Origin: Bacteroidia bacterium
GTDB taxonomy: Bacteria; Bacteroidota; Bacteroidia; SpSt-205
Direction: 5' to 3'
DNA: 64,000 bases
Assembly: GCA_026003215.1 (NCBI GenBank)
Contig: BPGV01000001.1
Location: 25,570 to 89,569, forward strand
This document shows positions 36,941 to 47,027 of the stretch, piece by piece; position 1 is the stretch's first letter; every line of letters starts with the position of its first letter. The position numbers and the translations under genes were made by a program. Under the pieces are notes generated by a model, which saw only the letters and a list, made by a program, of their open reading frames with translations, ran no database searches and had not been told where the DNA came from.

Positions 36941-38446
36941 GTGGAGCGTTGGGGTAGTCGGCTGGGGGCGCTTTTGGCGCTGGTGGGTGGTGCGGTGGGG
37001 CTGGGTAACTTTTTGCGCTTTCCCTTTCAAGCGGCGAAGTGGGGGGGTGGGGCTTTTTTGGTGCCGTATGGGGTAGCGCTTCTCTGGGTAGGGCTGCCGC
37101 TGGTGTGGATGGAAGTAGCGATGGGCCGGGCAGGAAGCAAAGCCGCTGCGCAAAGCGCGCCTCGTCTCTTGGAGGTGCTTATAGGGCGATGGGGGTGGTT
37201 CGTCGGGCTTGTGGCGGTGTATGTGAGCATAGGAGTGGCGGCGTACTATGCGTATCTTACGGGTTGGACCGTAGGGTATGCTTGGCATGGGCTGAGGGGG
37301 GATTTCCCGGCGGGGGCGGTGGAGCAGGGAGCCTCTTTTCATAGCCGTTTTTTAGCGGGTGAGGCGGTACTCTGGTGGATAGGGGTGCTGGTGCTTATGG
37401 GTCTGGTGTTGAGCGCAGGCCTTCAAAAAGGCTTAGAAAAGGTGAGTTTGTATGGCATGCCGCTTTTATTTCTCTTAGCGGGAGGTATCGCAATAGGAGT
37501 GTTTTTTGTAGGGGAGACGGGGCGGTGTGCTTCGTGCAGTGTGTGGGCTGGGCTGCGGTATTTGTACCTTCCGCGCTGGGAGGCCCTCCTGCAGCCGGCG
37601 GTGTGGCTTGCGGCCACCGGCCAAGTGTTTTTCACCATCGGGGTGGGCTTTGGGATCTATTTGGTGTATTCGGCCGCATGGTCAGGGAATGACCCCATTC
37701 GGGATAGTGTGCTGACCGTATCGGCCAATACCTTTGCGGAGGTGGGACTGGGCGGGGTAATAGTTATTCCGTTGGTGGCGGCTTTTTTGGGGATGGAAGC
37801 GGTGCAGGCCCGGGCTGGCTTTGGCATGGGTTTTGAGGTTATGCCGTATGTGCTGATGGCGTGGGGGGGGCGCCTGCTCGTAGTGGCGTGGTACCTACTG
37901 CTTTTTTTAGCGGCGTTTACTTCCTTGATAGCGATGGGGTGGGTGGGGGTGACTTGGCTTTCGGAAGCCGTAGGCGGTACGCCCCGGCGATGGGCCTGGC
38001 CCTTGACTCTGGCAATAGCCGTTTTAGGGGCGCCCGTGGCATTTGGGCCTAACAGCTCGGCGATGGACCTGTATGATCAGTGGATGGGTAGTCTCTTTTT
38101 GGTGGTAGCGGCCTTAGGGCAGTGGTGGGTGTTCCAGCGGGTGCGTCCCTGGGCGGTAGTAGAAGCGGAGAGCCGCTGGCGGCTCGGCCGGGTATGGCGT
38201 TTTATCATGCAGGTGGGAACCCCTGTATTTTTGATTTTCCTGCTGGTAGGCAGCTTCTTTCAGCCGGAGAAAGGCGATTGGGTGGGAGCCTGTAGGCAGC
38301 TTTTGGCCGGGGAAGGCTGGCCTTGGGCGCCTGAGGCGCTTCCTGTCTCGCTGGCTCATCACCTACGGGACCCGTGGGGTTTGGCCGGATTTCTGCTGCT
38401 TATTTTGACTGCGGGGGGGCTCGTACTTTTGCGCAAGCGTTCATGA
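36941..38446 (+). CDS. Sodium-dependent transporter of the neurotransmitter:sodium symporter (SNF) family.
   Basis: The N-terminus ERWGSRLGALLALVGGAVGLGNFLRFPFQAAKWGGGAFLVPY is the NSS signature. There are roughly 12 TM segments. Confidence 0.85.
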   Translation: MERWGSRLGALLALVGGAVGLGNFLRFPFQAAKWGGGAFLVPYGVALLWVGLPLVWMEVAMGRAGSKAAAQSAPRLLEVLIGRWGWFVGLVAVYVSIGVAAYYAYLTGWTVGYAWHGLRGDFPAGAVEQGASFHSRFLAGEAVLWWIGVLVLMGLVLSAGLQKGLEKVSLYGMPLLFLLAGGIAIGVFFVGETGRCASCSVWAGLRYLYLPRWEALLQPAVWLAATGQVFFTIGVGFGIYLVYSAAWSGNDPIRDSVLTVSANTFAEVGLGGVIVIPLVAAFLGMEAVQARAGFGMGFEVMPYVLMAWGGRLLVVAWYLLLFLAAFTSLIAMGWVGVTWLSEAVGGTPRRWAWPLTLAIAVLGAPVAFGPNSSAMDLYDQWMGSLFLVVAALGQWWVFQRVRPWAVVEAESRWRLGRVWRFIMQVGTPVFLIFLLVGSFFQPEKGDWVGACRQLLAGEGWPWAPEALPVSLAHHLRDPWGLAGFLLLILTAGGLVLLRKRS

Positions 38447-41277
38447 CGGAATGGAACTGGAAAGGCCTTTGGATAGGATTTCCTAAGGTAGAACGGCGTT
38501 TCTTGTTAGTTTTTGTGGGGGGAGCTCTTCTGGCTATTGTAGCCGCTGTGTTCGGTTGGTTTCAGCGGTATGATTTTTCGGAGGTGTTGATTCCTTTCAC
38601 TTTCCAAGAGGAGCAGATAGAAGCCGTGCGTGAAGTGTCTATTAGCTATCGCACTTATCTCTTGGAAGTGCCTGTACGGTGGGTATATGAGGTACAAGCG
38701 GCCGACCTTTTGGTTCCTGCCCGGTGGGGGTATGTTTTGGCTTGGATAGGGGTGGTGTTGGGATGGGGGGCCTTGCTTACGGCTACCACGCGTATGCAGG
38801 GCTTTTGGCCGTATCTTTTGTATTTTGTCTGGGTAAGCTGGGTCTATCTGAGTGGCGTAGCACAGGCGTGGGCAGGCCAAGATCCTTTCTATGTGGTGTC
38901 CTTGGGGCTTTCGCTCCTGAGTTTGCTGCCAGCATACCTGATACAAAGTGGGATATTCCGGCTGAGCTTCCGTCATTCTGCGCTGCTGCTAACGGGTTTA
39001 GTGGGAGTGACTTTGGGGGGACCTGCGCTGTGGCGGGGTACGGTGGTTCTTCATGATGGGGTGGCCTACCCGGGGATTCTTTCGATAGCGGCGACGTTAG
39101 GGCTTTTTCTCCAAGTAGCTGTGAGCATAGGGGCAGTGAGCGTTTATGTTCTTGCCCGACTCCGCAAAAGTATTCAAGCTTTTATGGGGATGGTGGTGCT
39201 GTTTATGGGTATTGCTGTGCTATTGTTTTTCCTTCCTCAAGAGGGTGCCTTCAGCCTGAGTATAGTTTTGGCAGCGATAGGGGTGGGGCTGGGTTTTATA
39301 GGCTTACAACCTTTTTATCCGGTTTTTGCTGGGGCTTTTCGGCAGCCTATCGCTTTTTTCTGGGGGTATGTGGGGCTGGTGTTTATTGCGTTTGCGCCGC
39401 TGGCTTATCATGCGGTCAATCATCAAGACTTGTACATTTATCGGACTGCTGCGCTGGCGCGGTGGGCGTTGGTAGGGGGGATGCCGGCGGTAGCCGTGTA
39501 TCTCGCACTAAACTTTTGGCCGCTGTGGCAGGCACGCAAGATGTCTTTTTGGGTGTTGCATCAAAGTGCGCGCATGCCGTTGGCGTTGGTCTATTTTGCG
39601 CAGATTATCGCCATAGTTATTTCGGAGGCGTATAATGATTGGCCTACTTCTCGGCTGCCGGCGCGGCTGTATGCGGTATTGCGGGCGGAATCTGCGCTGG
39701 TGAGAGGAGATTGGACCGCGGCTCAGGCCGCTTATCAGGAAGCCGCTCTTTTCCTCCCGTATGAGGCCAAGGTCAGCTACAACTTGGGCCGCTTGGAGGC
39801 TCAGGATCCGCGGGCGGCTGGGGTCGCTACGGAGCGGTACGAACGGGCCTTGCTTGCTAAACCCTTTCTCCCGGCGGTGCTCCAAGCCTCTCTGGTAGCT
39901 TTGGCCATGGATAGGCCCGTGCAGGCCATACAACTGCTTCAACGCTACTATCACCATTTTGGGGGAGGGCCTGTGGTGTGCAATCAGCTGGCTTTTGCCT
40001 TTTATAAGGGGGGATTTTTGGACTCGGCGGCTTTTTATTGGAAAGAAGCTATTCGGCAGGACCCGAGTCACCCGCAGTATTATTTACACTTGGCGCTATT
40101 GTATGCCCGGTATGGGCGTCTTTCGTGGGCGCAAAAGGTGGCCCGGCATGTGCTTACGCTCAGGCCTGAGGCTCAGGCAGCGCTGGAAAATCTGGCCTAT
40201 TTGCGGCTGGTAGGGGTCTTAGATACCTTGCCGCCGCCAGCTGTGCCCCTGTGGAACGCCCAGTGGTTGGGGATTGAAAACAAGGGAGATAGCAGCAAGG
40301 TAGGGCAGTTTGTGGCCAGTGTGCAAAGGCGACAGTTTAGGGAGGCATTTTCTTTCCTGCCGTACTTTGAGGAGCAAGACAAGGAACTGGCCCCTAAGCT
40401 TACCCGATACTTGGGAGTAGCGCTCTTAGAAGAGGGATTGGCCCGGGTAGCGGCAGAAGTCTTTTTTAGGGCTGGTACCCCTCAGGACTCTTTATACGGG
40501 GCTTATGCTTTAGGTGATGCGGGCTGCTTGGATGCGGCATATAGTGGCGTCAGTCGGCTGTGGGCGTCTTATCCTGAGGTGGAAGAAGCCGGACGAAAGG
40601 AAGCGGCTTTGCTATTAGCGGCAGCGGGCCATTTGAATGAAGCTTCTCTGATGGAGCCAGTAAGCCAGTGGAAAGACGCGGATTACTTGCGGTTTGGGTG
40701 GTATGGGTATCATCGGGGTTCCTTGAATGAGATGGTGATTGTTTTGCGGCCGTGGATAGAGCAAGGGGCAAGGTACGATGCGCCTTATGAATGGGTAGCT
40801 CGGCTTTTCCTTCTGCAGGGGGATACCGCTGGCGCAGAAGAAAACATTGCGGCTGGGCTTGCGCGGGTGCCGCGGTCGGTGCGTTTGTGGGGGCTACGGG
40901 CGGAGATAGCGCTGGCTCGTCAAGCGCTTTCGGAGGCCCGCCGCTGCGAAGACTCCGTGTGGGCGTATGCCCGCAGCCGAAGCGACTCGTTGGTAGGATG
41001 GGGACTCCGTTTGCGGCGTGACCCTTCGCCAGAGGTAGTGCAAGGGTGCTTGAAGGCCCATTCCCTATATGCGCCAGCGATAGCAGCATGGGGCCGCTAC
41101 CTTCTCCAGCAGGGCAAAAAGGAGGAAGCTTTTGCCTACTTAGGGCAGGCTTTGGAGATAAATCCCTATGCGAAGGAGCTGTGGGAAGCTTACGCGGAGG
41201 CCGCTCAGGCCATAGGTATGACCGAAGAGGCAGAGTTCGCCCGAAAGAAGCCTGACCCATGTCCGCCTGCGCTATAG
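38443..41277 (+). CDS. Large membrane protein: an N-terminal polytopic domain of about 12 TM segments plus C-terminal TPR repeats.
   Basis: The start is coupled (ATGA) to the SNF gene. A hydrophobic N-terminal half of roughly 420 aa is followed by TPR-like repeats (AYQEAALFLPYEAKVSYNLGRL..., YYLHLALLYARYGRL...). Confidence 0.7.
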   Translation: MTEWNWKGLWIGFPKVERRFLLVFVGGALLAIVAAVFGWFQRYDFSEVLIPFTFQEEQIEAVREVSISYRTYLLEVPVRWVYEVQAADLLVPARWGYVLAWIGVVLGWGALLTATTRMQGFWPYLLYFVWVSWVYLSGVAQAWAGQDPFYVVSLGLSLLSLLPAYLIQSGIFRLSFRHSALLLTGLVGVTLGGPALWRGTVVLHDGVAYPGILSIAATLGLFLQVAVSIGAVSVYVLARLRKSIQAFMGMVVLFMGIAVLLFFLPQEGAFSLSIVLAAIGVGLGFIGLQPFYPVFAGAFRQPIAFFWGYVGLVFIAFAPLAYHAVNHQDLYIYRTAALARWALVGGMPAVAVYLALNFWPLWQARKMSFWVLHQSARMPLALVYFAQIIAIVISEAYNDWPTSRLPARLYAVLRAESALVRGDWTAAQAAYQEAALFLPYEAKVSYNLGRLEAQDPRAAGVATERYERALLAKPFLPAVLQASLVALAMDRPVQAIQLLQRYYHHFGGGPVVCNQLAFAFYKGGFLDSAAFYWKEAIRQDPSHPQYYLHLALLYARYGRLSWAQKVARHVLTLRPEAQAALENLAYLRLVGVLDTLPPPAVPLWNAQWLGIENKGDSSKVGQFVASVQRRQFREAFSFLPYFEEQDKELAPKLTRYLGVALLEEGLARVAAEVFFRAGTPQDSLYGAYALGDAGCLDAAYSGVSRLWASYPEVEEAGRKEAALLLAAAGHLNEASLMEPVSQWKDADYLRFGWYGYHRGSLNEMVIVLRPWIEQGARYDAPYEWVARLFLLQGDTAGAEENIAAGLARVPRSVRLWGLRAEIALARQALSEARRCEDSVWAYARSRSDSLVGWGLRLRRDPSPEVVQGCLKAHSLYAPAIAAWGRYLLQQGKKEEAFAYLGQALEINPYAKELWEAYAEAAQAIGMTEEAEFARKKPDPCPPAL

Positions 41278-41809
41278 CGTATTCGGGGCGGGGACGGCTG
41301 GCCCAAGCAGTGGCGGAGTACTTCTCTGCCCGAGGGGTGCCCGTAGTAGGCATAGTAGATAGAGCCTCCGCCAATCGCGAAGCTTTTACCGAAAAGGGGG
41401 TGGCCTGTAGTGCAGATACGCAATACCGAAGCCCACTGGCTGCAAGTATGTGCGGAATGGCAAGTGGGATTTATTGCGCTGGCGGGGGTATCTCGCGCTG
41501 GTGCCCGCAGCGGTACTCCAGCGCTATGCAGGACGCATCTATAACAGTCACCCGGCGCTCTTGCCGGCGTTTGGTGGTAAGGGAATGTATGGTCGTAAGG
41601 TGCACGAGGCGGTCGTGCGCGCCGGTGCCATAGAAACAGGCATCACTATCCATGCCGTCACAGCTCAGTATGATGAAGGCCCTATCGTTTATCAGGTGCG
41701 CTTACCTATTGAAGGGCTTTCTGCAGATGAGGTAGAGGCCTTTGTGCAGGCTGTGGAGCGCGAAGTCTATCCCGCTATTTTATGGCGCCTCTATAAGGAG
41801 GGGTTTTAG
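41259..41809 (+). CDS. purN: Phosphoribosylglycinamide formyltransferase (PurN), apparently interrupted by two +1 frameshifts in G5 runs.
   Basis: The N-terminus in frame 0 is IAYSGRGRLAQAV (the SGxGxxLQAI motif). The middle in frame 1 is AEWQVGFIALAG. The C-terminus in frame 2 is GRIYNSHPALLPAFGG...GITIHAVTAQYDEGPIVYQ. The switches fall at aaGGGGGtgg (41396-41400) and gcGGGGGta (about 41488-41492). Removing one G at each gives a contiguous PurN. Confidence 0.8.
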
Positions 41810-42933
41810 GTGTAGCGGCCCAAAAGTCCCCCTCCTATGAAAGCTAACAATCCACATAGGAGCGTCATGCCTATTATCTTGAAAAAGGTTTGGGGCATCT
41901 TGAGCCCTGGGAGGAAGCGGCGAGTGGGTTCGCCTCGCACGAGGGGGCTGGTATAGGCTTCTATCTCGGGGGTATAGGCCTCCACCCGGAGGTAAGTGTC
42001 TTCAAAGGAAGCGACATATCGGAGGGTATCGGTGTGGTAAGCTACGGCCCGTACTGTACCGCCCTGGCCGATTACCCGAAGGGAGTCAGCGGGTTGGGTG
42101 AGCTTGACCCATAACGTGTCCCCTCGCATCTGAATGCGCGCAAACTGCGGGTAAGGCCGAGTGATGGGCGTAGGGGTTCGGTTTTTGTAACCCACGGTTT
42201 TGCCGGCTTTGAGGGCGCTTTTTAGTGTTTCTATCGAAGCAGTGGGGGAAATAGCCATCTCTGTCCAGCGGGAGAGCAGTTCGTGGGGGTTTTCTACATT
42301 ATGGACATTATCGTGGGCGAGGATGGGGGCATACTGGCCCGAGGAGAGGGCACTGTCCCACTCCGCTACGGAGTCCCCATAGCGGTTTAGCACTTCGATA
42401 GCGTCGTAGCCGCCCAGCCGAGCCAACTCCTCGCCGGTGTAACTGTGCATGAAGCGCGGGTGGGCTATCACCACAAAGGGGCAGCTTCCTCGCAGTAAAG
42501 CAAGGATAAGCTGCTTTTGGTGTATAGATTGCCCGTGCGGGATGTCCAACCATCGCACTTTTTCTGGCCAGAAGCACAGCTGATGTACCTTTCCGATATT
42601 CCAGCCGTGCTCGTAGAGGGGTATGGGGCTTTCGGGGTTGATGCGTTGGTAGTCGGAAATGCCTATCCAATGGACGCCATGCTTTTGGTAAGCGGCTTGG
42701 ATTTGGGCGGGGGTATTGTAACCGTTGGTGAGGCCGCCCCAAGTGCGGCTATGGATGTGGAAGTTGGCCCGGCTCCACAGAAGGGTTTCGGCTGCAAAGG
42801 GGTTGTACCAGTTTTTACCGTGAAAGGGTTGAGGCCGTTCAAAGTCGTATACGGGGATGAGGGCTTCGGTAAAGAGGAGGTAGAATGCCAAAAAGAGACA
42901 CAGGAAGCCTAAGCTTCTATAGAGCCAGTGCAC
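41806..42933 (-). CDS. Membrane-anchored PHP-domain-like metal-dependent phosphoesterase.
   Basis: N-terminal TM segment. NFHIHSRTW... is the His-rich motif typical of the PHP/CehA family. A C-terminal TM segment is also present. Confidence 0.5.
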   Translation of the reverse strand: MHWLYRSLGFLCLFLAFYLLFTEALIPVYDFERPQPFHGKNWYNPFAAETLLWSRANFHIHSRTWGGLTNGYNTPAQIQAAYQKHGVHWIGISDYQRINPESPIPLYEHGWNIGKVHQLCFWPEKVRWLDIPHGQSIHQKQLILALLRGSCPFVVIAHPRFMHSYTGEELARLGGYDAIEVLNRYGDSVAEWDSALSSGQYAPILAHDNVHNVENPHELLSRWTEMAISPTASIETLKSALKAGKTVGYKNRTPTPITRPYPQFARIQMRGDTLWVKLTQPADSLRVIGQGGTVRAVAYHTDTLRYVASFEDTYLRVEAYTPEIEAYTSPLVRGEPTRRFLPGLKMPQTFFKIIGMTLLCGLLAFIGGGLLGRYT

Positions 42934-44125
42934 GGAGGGCTTGTGTCATTCGGTGTAGGCCCTCTTGGATGGCGGTTAGGGCCACGGCATAGCTTATGCG
43001 GATGTGGCGTTCGGAACCAAAGCCGGTACCCGAAACGACCGCCACGCCATTTTGCAGGAGGTATTCGGTAATATCGTCTGCGGAAGTGATAGGGGAGTCT
43101 GCGGGGGTTTTACGGCCAAAGTAGGCCGACACATCTAAGAAAAAGTAAAAGGCTCCGGCGGGGCGATAAGGACGCAGTTCGGGGTGGTGCTGGGAGAGGT
43201 AAGCATAAATCAGGTCGCGGCGCTCACGGAAAGCTTGCACCATGGGCGCGATAAGGGTTTGGAGGTCGCTTTGGAGGCCGGCCAGGGCGGCTTTCTGGGC
43301 GATAATGTTTGCGCCGGCCGTGGTTTGGCCTTGTACTTTGGTGGCGGCCTCTGCGATAGGCTTAGGCGCGATCAGGTAGCCCAAGCGCCAGCCCGGCATG
43401 GCAAAAGCTTTGGAAAAGCCGTTGCATATAACGGTGCGCTCGTACAGGCTGGGCACTTGCGCAGGGGAGACGTGCTGGCCCTCGTAGCGGAGGAGTTCAT
43501 ATATCTCGTCGGAGAGAACCCATACCTGAGGATGCCTTTCTAAGACTTCGCCTAAGGCGGCCAGTTCTGTGGCGGTGTAGGTACTGCCGGTGGGATTAGA
43601 GGGGCTACATAAAATAAGCACGCGGCTTTTCGGGGTGAGGGCTGCTTCCAGCTGGTCTGGGGTGATTTTGTAGTCGGTGGTATGGTCAGTCCGCAGGAGG
43701 ACAGGACGCCCTTCGGCTAACTGGATGAGTGGGAGGTAAGAAACCCAATACGGCACTGGTACCAGCACTTCTTCGCCGGGCTCTATGAGCGAAAGGAGCG
43801 CATTGAAGATGGCCTGTTTAGAGCCGTTGGACACCACTACGTGGGCAGCGGTGTAGGGGAGGCCGTAGGTGCGGTGATAGTAGTGAGCGATAGTTTCTCG
43901 GAGCGGAGGAAGGCCCGCTACGGGGGGATAGGGCGCGTGTCCTTCTCGAATGGCTTGAATAGCTGCTTCTTGCAGAAGGGGAGGTACAGGAAAGTCCGGC
44001 TCCCCTAAAAGCAGGGAGACGATATCTTTGCCTTGTGCGCGCAAGTCGCGCACCCGCTGCGCCATGCCCAACGTTTGGGCTTCATGGAGGCGGGCTATGC
44101 GGCGGCTGATAGCCTGGGCTATCAA
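42917..44125 (-). CDS. Class I/II pyridoxal-phosphate aminotransferase (aspartate/aromatic type).
   Basis: ...LSLIEPGEEVLVPVPYWVSY...CNGFSKAFAMPGWRLGYLIA... (the Lys in SKAF is the PLP lysine). Confidence 0.85.
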   Translation of the reverse strand: MIAQAISRRIARLHEAQTLGMAQRVRDLRAQGKDIVSLLLGEPDFPVPPLLQEAAIQAIREGHAPYPPVAGLPPLRETIAHYYHRTYGLPYTAAHVVVSNGSKQAIFNALLSLIEPGEEVLVPVPYWVSYLPLIQLAEGRPVLLRTDHTTDYKITPDQLEAALTPKSRVLILCSPSNPTGSTYTATELAALGEVLERHPQVWVLSDEIYELLRYEGQHVSPAQVPSLYERTVICNGFSKAFAMPGWRLGYLIAPKPIAEAATKVQGQTTAGANIIAQKAALAGLQSDLQTLIAPMVQAFRERRDLIYAYLSQHHPELRPYRPAGAFYFFLDVSAYFGRKTPADSPITSADDITEYLLQNGVAVVSGTGFGSERHIRISYAVALTAIQEGLHRMTQALRALAL

Positions 44126-44775
44126 GAGAGGATGGTTATGCGAGGCAGCTTAAGCCGGCTGAGGGTGAAACGCAGCGCCTCGTAAGCGCTATCCAGCACA
44201 TTTTGCCCCATCAGTTCCAGCGGAATCCGTAGGTACGTCTCAATCGCTTTTTCCGTATCTTGGAAGCCTTCCGACTCATCATTCAGCCAGAACTGAATAA
44301 GACCCCAATGCAGACCCCACAACACATCTAAGTAGAGGTTTTCCAGATGACGAGACTGGATTTCGTCGGCTATTACCCCTTCTTGGACGACCTCGGCCAT
44401 GTGCGCGCGGAACTTGCGCTGATAACCTCGTAGGAGCGAAAAGTTGGTGTAAGTCTTCGCTATGAAGCTGCGGTCCTTGAGGACATTTTCAAAGAAAGTG
44501 AAGAAATAGGCCAATATCTTTTCTCGGGCAGAGTAAGAGGCGTAGGTTTCGGATTCTTTTAGGGCAGAGATGACCTCGTCGGCGTAGCTTGTCCATATCT
44601 TGCGGCCGATAGCGTCCAGCGAAGCGAAATGCTTGTAAAAGTCAGCTTCTGAGATGTCTAAGAGCTTGCAAAAGGAATACACGCTCATTTTGCGGATTTT
44701 CCCTTCTACGGTGAGCTGCTTGTACAGCTCTACAATACGGGTCTCCAGGGAAGTTTCCTTGGTTTTAGTGGCCAT
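44122..44775 (-). CDS. TetR/AcrR-family transcriptional regulator.
   Basis: N-terminal HTH (MSVYSFCKLLDISEADFYKHF) plus an alpha-helical ligand-binding domain. Confidence 0.7.
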   Translation of the reverse strand: MATKTKETSLETRIVELYKQLTVEGKIRKMSVYSFCKLLDISEADFYKHFASLDAIGRKIWTSYADEVISALKESETYASYSAREKILAYFFTFFENVLKDRSFIAKTYTNFSLLRGYQRKFRAHMAEVVQEGVIADEIQSRHLENLYLDVLWGLHWGLIQFWLNDESEGFQDTEKAIETYLRIPLELMGQNVLDSAYEALRFTLSRLKLPRITILS

Positions 44776-44810
44776 ATCTCGGCAAAGATACGGAAAAATA
44801 CCTTTGCCGA

Positions 44811-45767
44811 ATGCGGGTAGTGTGGGTAGCAGATGCCGGCGCCACTAAGACGGAGTGGGCTATGCTGGATACGGACCGCTATAAAAAATTTCCTCATATG
44901 GGATACCGTTTGTCCTCCATTGACCCCCATTTTCGGCCCTACCTTATAAGTGAGAGAGAAGGGCTCAACGCAGAAGTAGAAGGATGGGAAGCCGCTCGGC
45001 GAAAGCTTGAGGCAGCTTTTCAAGCGCTAAGGGAGAATAAGTGGCCTGTACCTACTGAGTTGTATTACTATGGTCCGGCACTTCATGCCGACGAAAGCGG
45101 CCGCCGCATGAAAGCGCTACTCTCTTCCTTGACAGGTCCTACTACCCGCGTAGCCGTGTATCATGACCTTTTAGGTGCGGCGCGAGCGGCATGGGGAGCC
45201 CATGAGGGGATAGTGTGTATCTTGGGCACGGGGTCTAACTGTGCCTATTGGGACGGCTTCAAAATAACTCGGCAAGCTGGGGGGCATGGTTATCTCCTCG
45301 GCGATGAGGGGAGCGGCGCCGACTTAGGGAAGCACTTCCTGAGTGCTTGGCTACATGGCGAGGTGCCCTCCGACCTCATAAAAGCCTTTAAAGAGCAGAA
45401 CCCCCTTTCTTGGCCCATAGAGAGCCTGGCTCCGCTTACCTTGCGCAACTTTGTGTATCAGGCACCCAACAAGTCCGCAATCCTGGGGCGGTTTGCGCTG
45501 TTTTTACACCAGCATAAAGACCATCCGTGGGTAGCGGCGTTGGTTCGCCATCGTTTTGCGGCTTTTATTGAGCGCACGTGGGGACGCTGGGCCGACCTTC
45601 CTAAAAGAAAAGTGCGTTACATCGGCGGCGTAGCCCGAGCATTTGACGCTATATTGAAAGAAGTCACCGAAGCCTACGGCGGCCAGTGGGAAGGTAGAGT
45701 GGAGTCGGTGGTCGAGGCGCTTTTGGAGTATCATTGGCTCTTTCCGTCCAGAGAAGACCATGAGTGA
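44811..45767 (+). CDS. BadF/BadG/BcrA/BcrD-type ATPase / N-acetylglucosamine kinase-like protein.
   Basis: ADAGATKTEW... (phosphate-1), ILGTGSNCAYWDG and GYLLGDEGSGADLG are ASKHA-fold motifs. Confidence 0.75.
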   Translation: MRVVWVADAGATKTEWAMLDTDRYKKFPHMGYRLSSIDPHFRPYLISEREGLNAEVEGWEAARRKLEAAFQALRENKWPVPTELYYYGPALHADESGRRMKALLSSLTGPTTRVAVYHDLLGAARAAWGAHEGIVCILGTGSNCAYWDGFKITRQAGGHGYLLGDEGSGADLGKHFLSAWLHGEVPSDLIKAFKEQNPLSWPIESLAPLTLRNFVYQAPNKSAILGRFALFLHQHKDHPWVAALVRHRFAAFIERTWGRWADLPKRKVRYIGGVARAFDAILKEVTEAYGGQWEGRVESVVEALLEYHWLFPSREDHE

Positions 45768-46506
45768 AGGCTACTGGATCGTTAGGCAGGCGGTGGTGCC
45801 CTTGCGCGCAGAACCCTCCCACCGAAGTGAGCAAGTTTCTCAGCTCCTGTGGGGGGAGCCCCAACAAATCCTCTTGGAGGAAAGGGGTTGGCTTTATGTG
45901 CGAGGCATCCTGGATGGCTACGTGGGGTGGGTGCCAGGGGGTACGCTCTGCTGGGCCGTCCATCCCTTTGGGGGGTGGGCGGTGGTGCAGCAGCGGTATG
46001 CCCCTCTTTTGTGCAATGGCCGGCAAGTGGGGTGGGTTCCACTGGGGGCGCTCTTCCCGGCAGAAGGGACCTGGCTTACGGCGTTGGGCTCCTACCACGT
46101 GCCCAGGAGTGCTCTGAGGCCGTGGGGACCCACCCCTCTTGCCCAGCTGATACCTGCCTTGAGGCCGCTTTTTGCCGGTACGCCCTATTTGTGGGGGGGG
46201 AAAACCCCTGCAGGTATAGACTGCTCAGGCCTTACCCAAATAGCCTATCGGCTGGCTGGCGTGCTCCTACCCCGCGATGCGTACCAACAGGCAGAAGTGA
46301 CCCTGCCCGTGGAGCAGCCTAAGGTCGGCGATTTGGTGTTTTTCTCCACTGGGGCGCGCATCACGCATGTGGCGCTTTGGCTGGGGGAAGGCCGTATTTG
46401 GCAGGCTACGCCTGCCGCCGGCGTGCATGAAGTCCCACTGACTGTGCTTTTTACCCATACTTTCCACAGCTTTCGCACTTGGGTAGCGGGGTATTTCGTT
46501 ATTTAG
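45760..46506 (+). CDS. NlpC/P60 (C40) cell-wall peptidase with an N-terminal SH3-like domain.
   Basis: GIDCSGLTQIAY contains the catalytic Cys, and HVALWLGEG contains the catalytic His. Confidence 0.85.
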   Translation: MSEGYWIVRQAVVPLRAEPSHRSEQVSQLLWGEPQQILLEERGWLYVRGILDGYVGWVPGGTLCWAVHPFGGWAVVQQRYAPLLCNGRQVGWVPLGALFPAEGTWLTALGSYHVPRSALRPWGPTPLAQLIPALRPLFAGTPYLWGGKTPAGIDCSGLTQIAYRLAGVLLPRDAYQQAEVTLPVEQPKVGDLVFFSTGARITHVALWLGEGRIWQATPAAGVHEVPLTVLFTHTFHSFRTWVAGYFVI

Positions 46507-46520
46507 TCCAAACCTCGGTC

Positions 46521-47027
46521 ATGTCGGTGCTGGTACTCAACTACGATTATCAACCTATCCATGTGACGACATGGCGGCGAGCCTTTGTCCTTGTGCTCTT
46601 ACAGAAAGCGGAGATAGTGGAGGTTCGGCCGGGCAAGCGCTTGCGTACTGCCCGCGCAGAGTATCCGTGGCCCAGTATTATTCGGCTTTTGCGGTATGTG
46701 CCCGTACCGTATAAAAATGTACCACTGACCCGCCAAAATATCTTCAAGCGGGATGGCTTTCGCTGTGGGTATTGTGGCACTACGCGCACTCTCACGGTGG
46801 ACCATATTGTCCCCCGTAGTCAGGGGGGCGATGACAGCTGGGAAAACCTCATCACAGCCTGCGAATCTTGCAATCGTCGCAAGGGCAATCGCACGCCCGA
46901 GCAAGCGGGGATGCCGCTTCTTTTCAAGCCCAGGCGGCCGCATTATCTCCTTTTCTGGCTGCGGGGCGTGGAAGAGCTGGACCAAAGCTGGCGCCCCTAC
47001 CTCATGTTAGAGGCGCGTAAGGTATGA
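46521..47027 (+). CDS. Stand-alone HNH endonuclease.
   Basis: CGYCG...LTVDHIVPRSQGGDDSWENLITACESCNRRKGNR has the HNH core with a zinc-finger Cys pair. Confidence 0.85.
   Translation: MSVLVLNYDYQPIHVTTWRRAFVLVLLQKAEIVEVRPGKRLRTARAEYPWPSIIRLLRYVPVPYKNVPLTRQNIFKRDGFRCGYCGTTRTLTVDHIVPRSQGGDDSWENLITACESCNRRKGNRTPEQAGMPLLFKPRRPHYLLFWLRGVEELDQSWRPYLMLEARKV

Noticed and set aside
36914-37342. 142-aa minus-strand ORF (and a 67-aa one at 37027-37230) opposite the SNF transporter
   Set aside because: The translation is Arg/Pro/His-rich and typical of antisense reading of a GC-rich gene. It is fully contained in a gene with a clear family signature.
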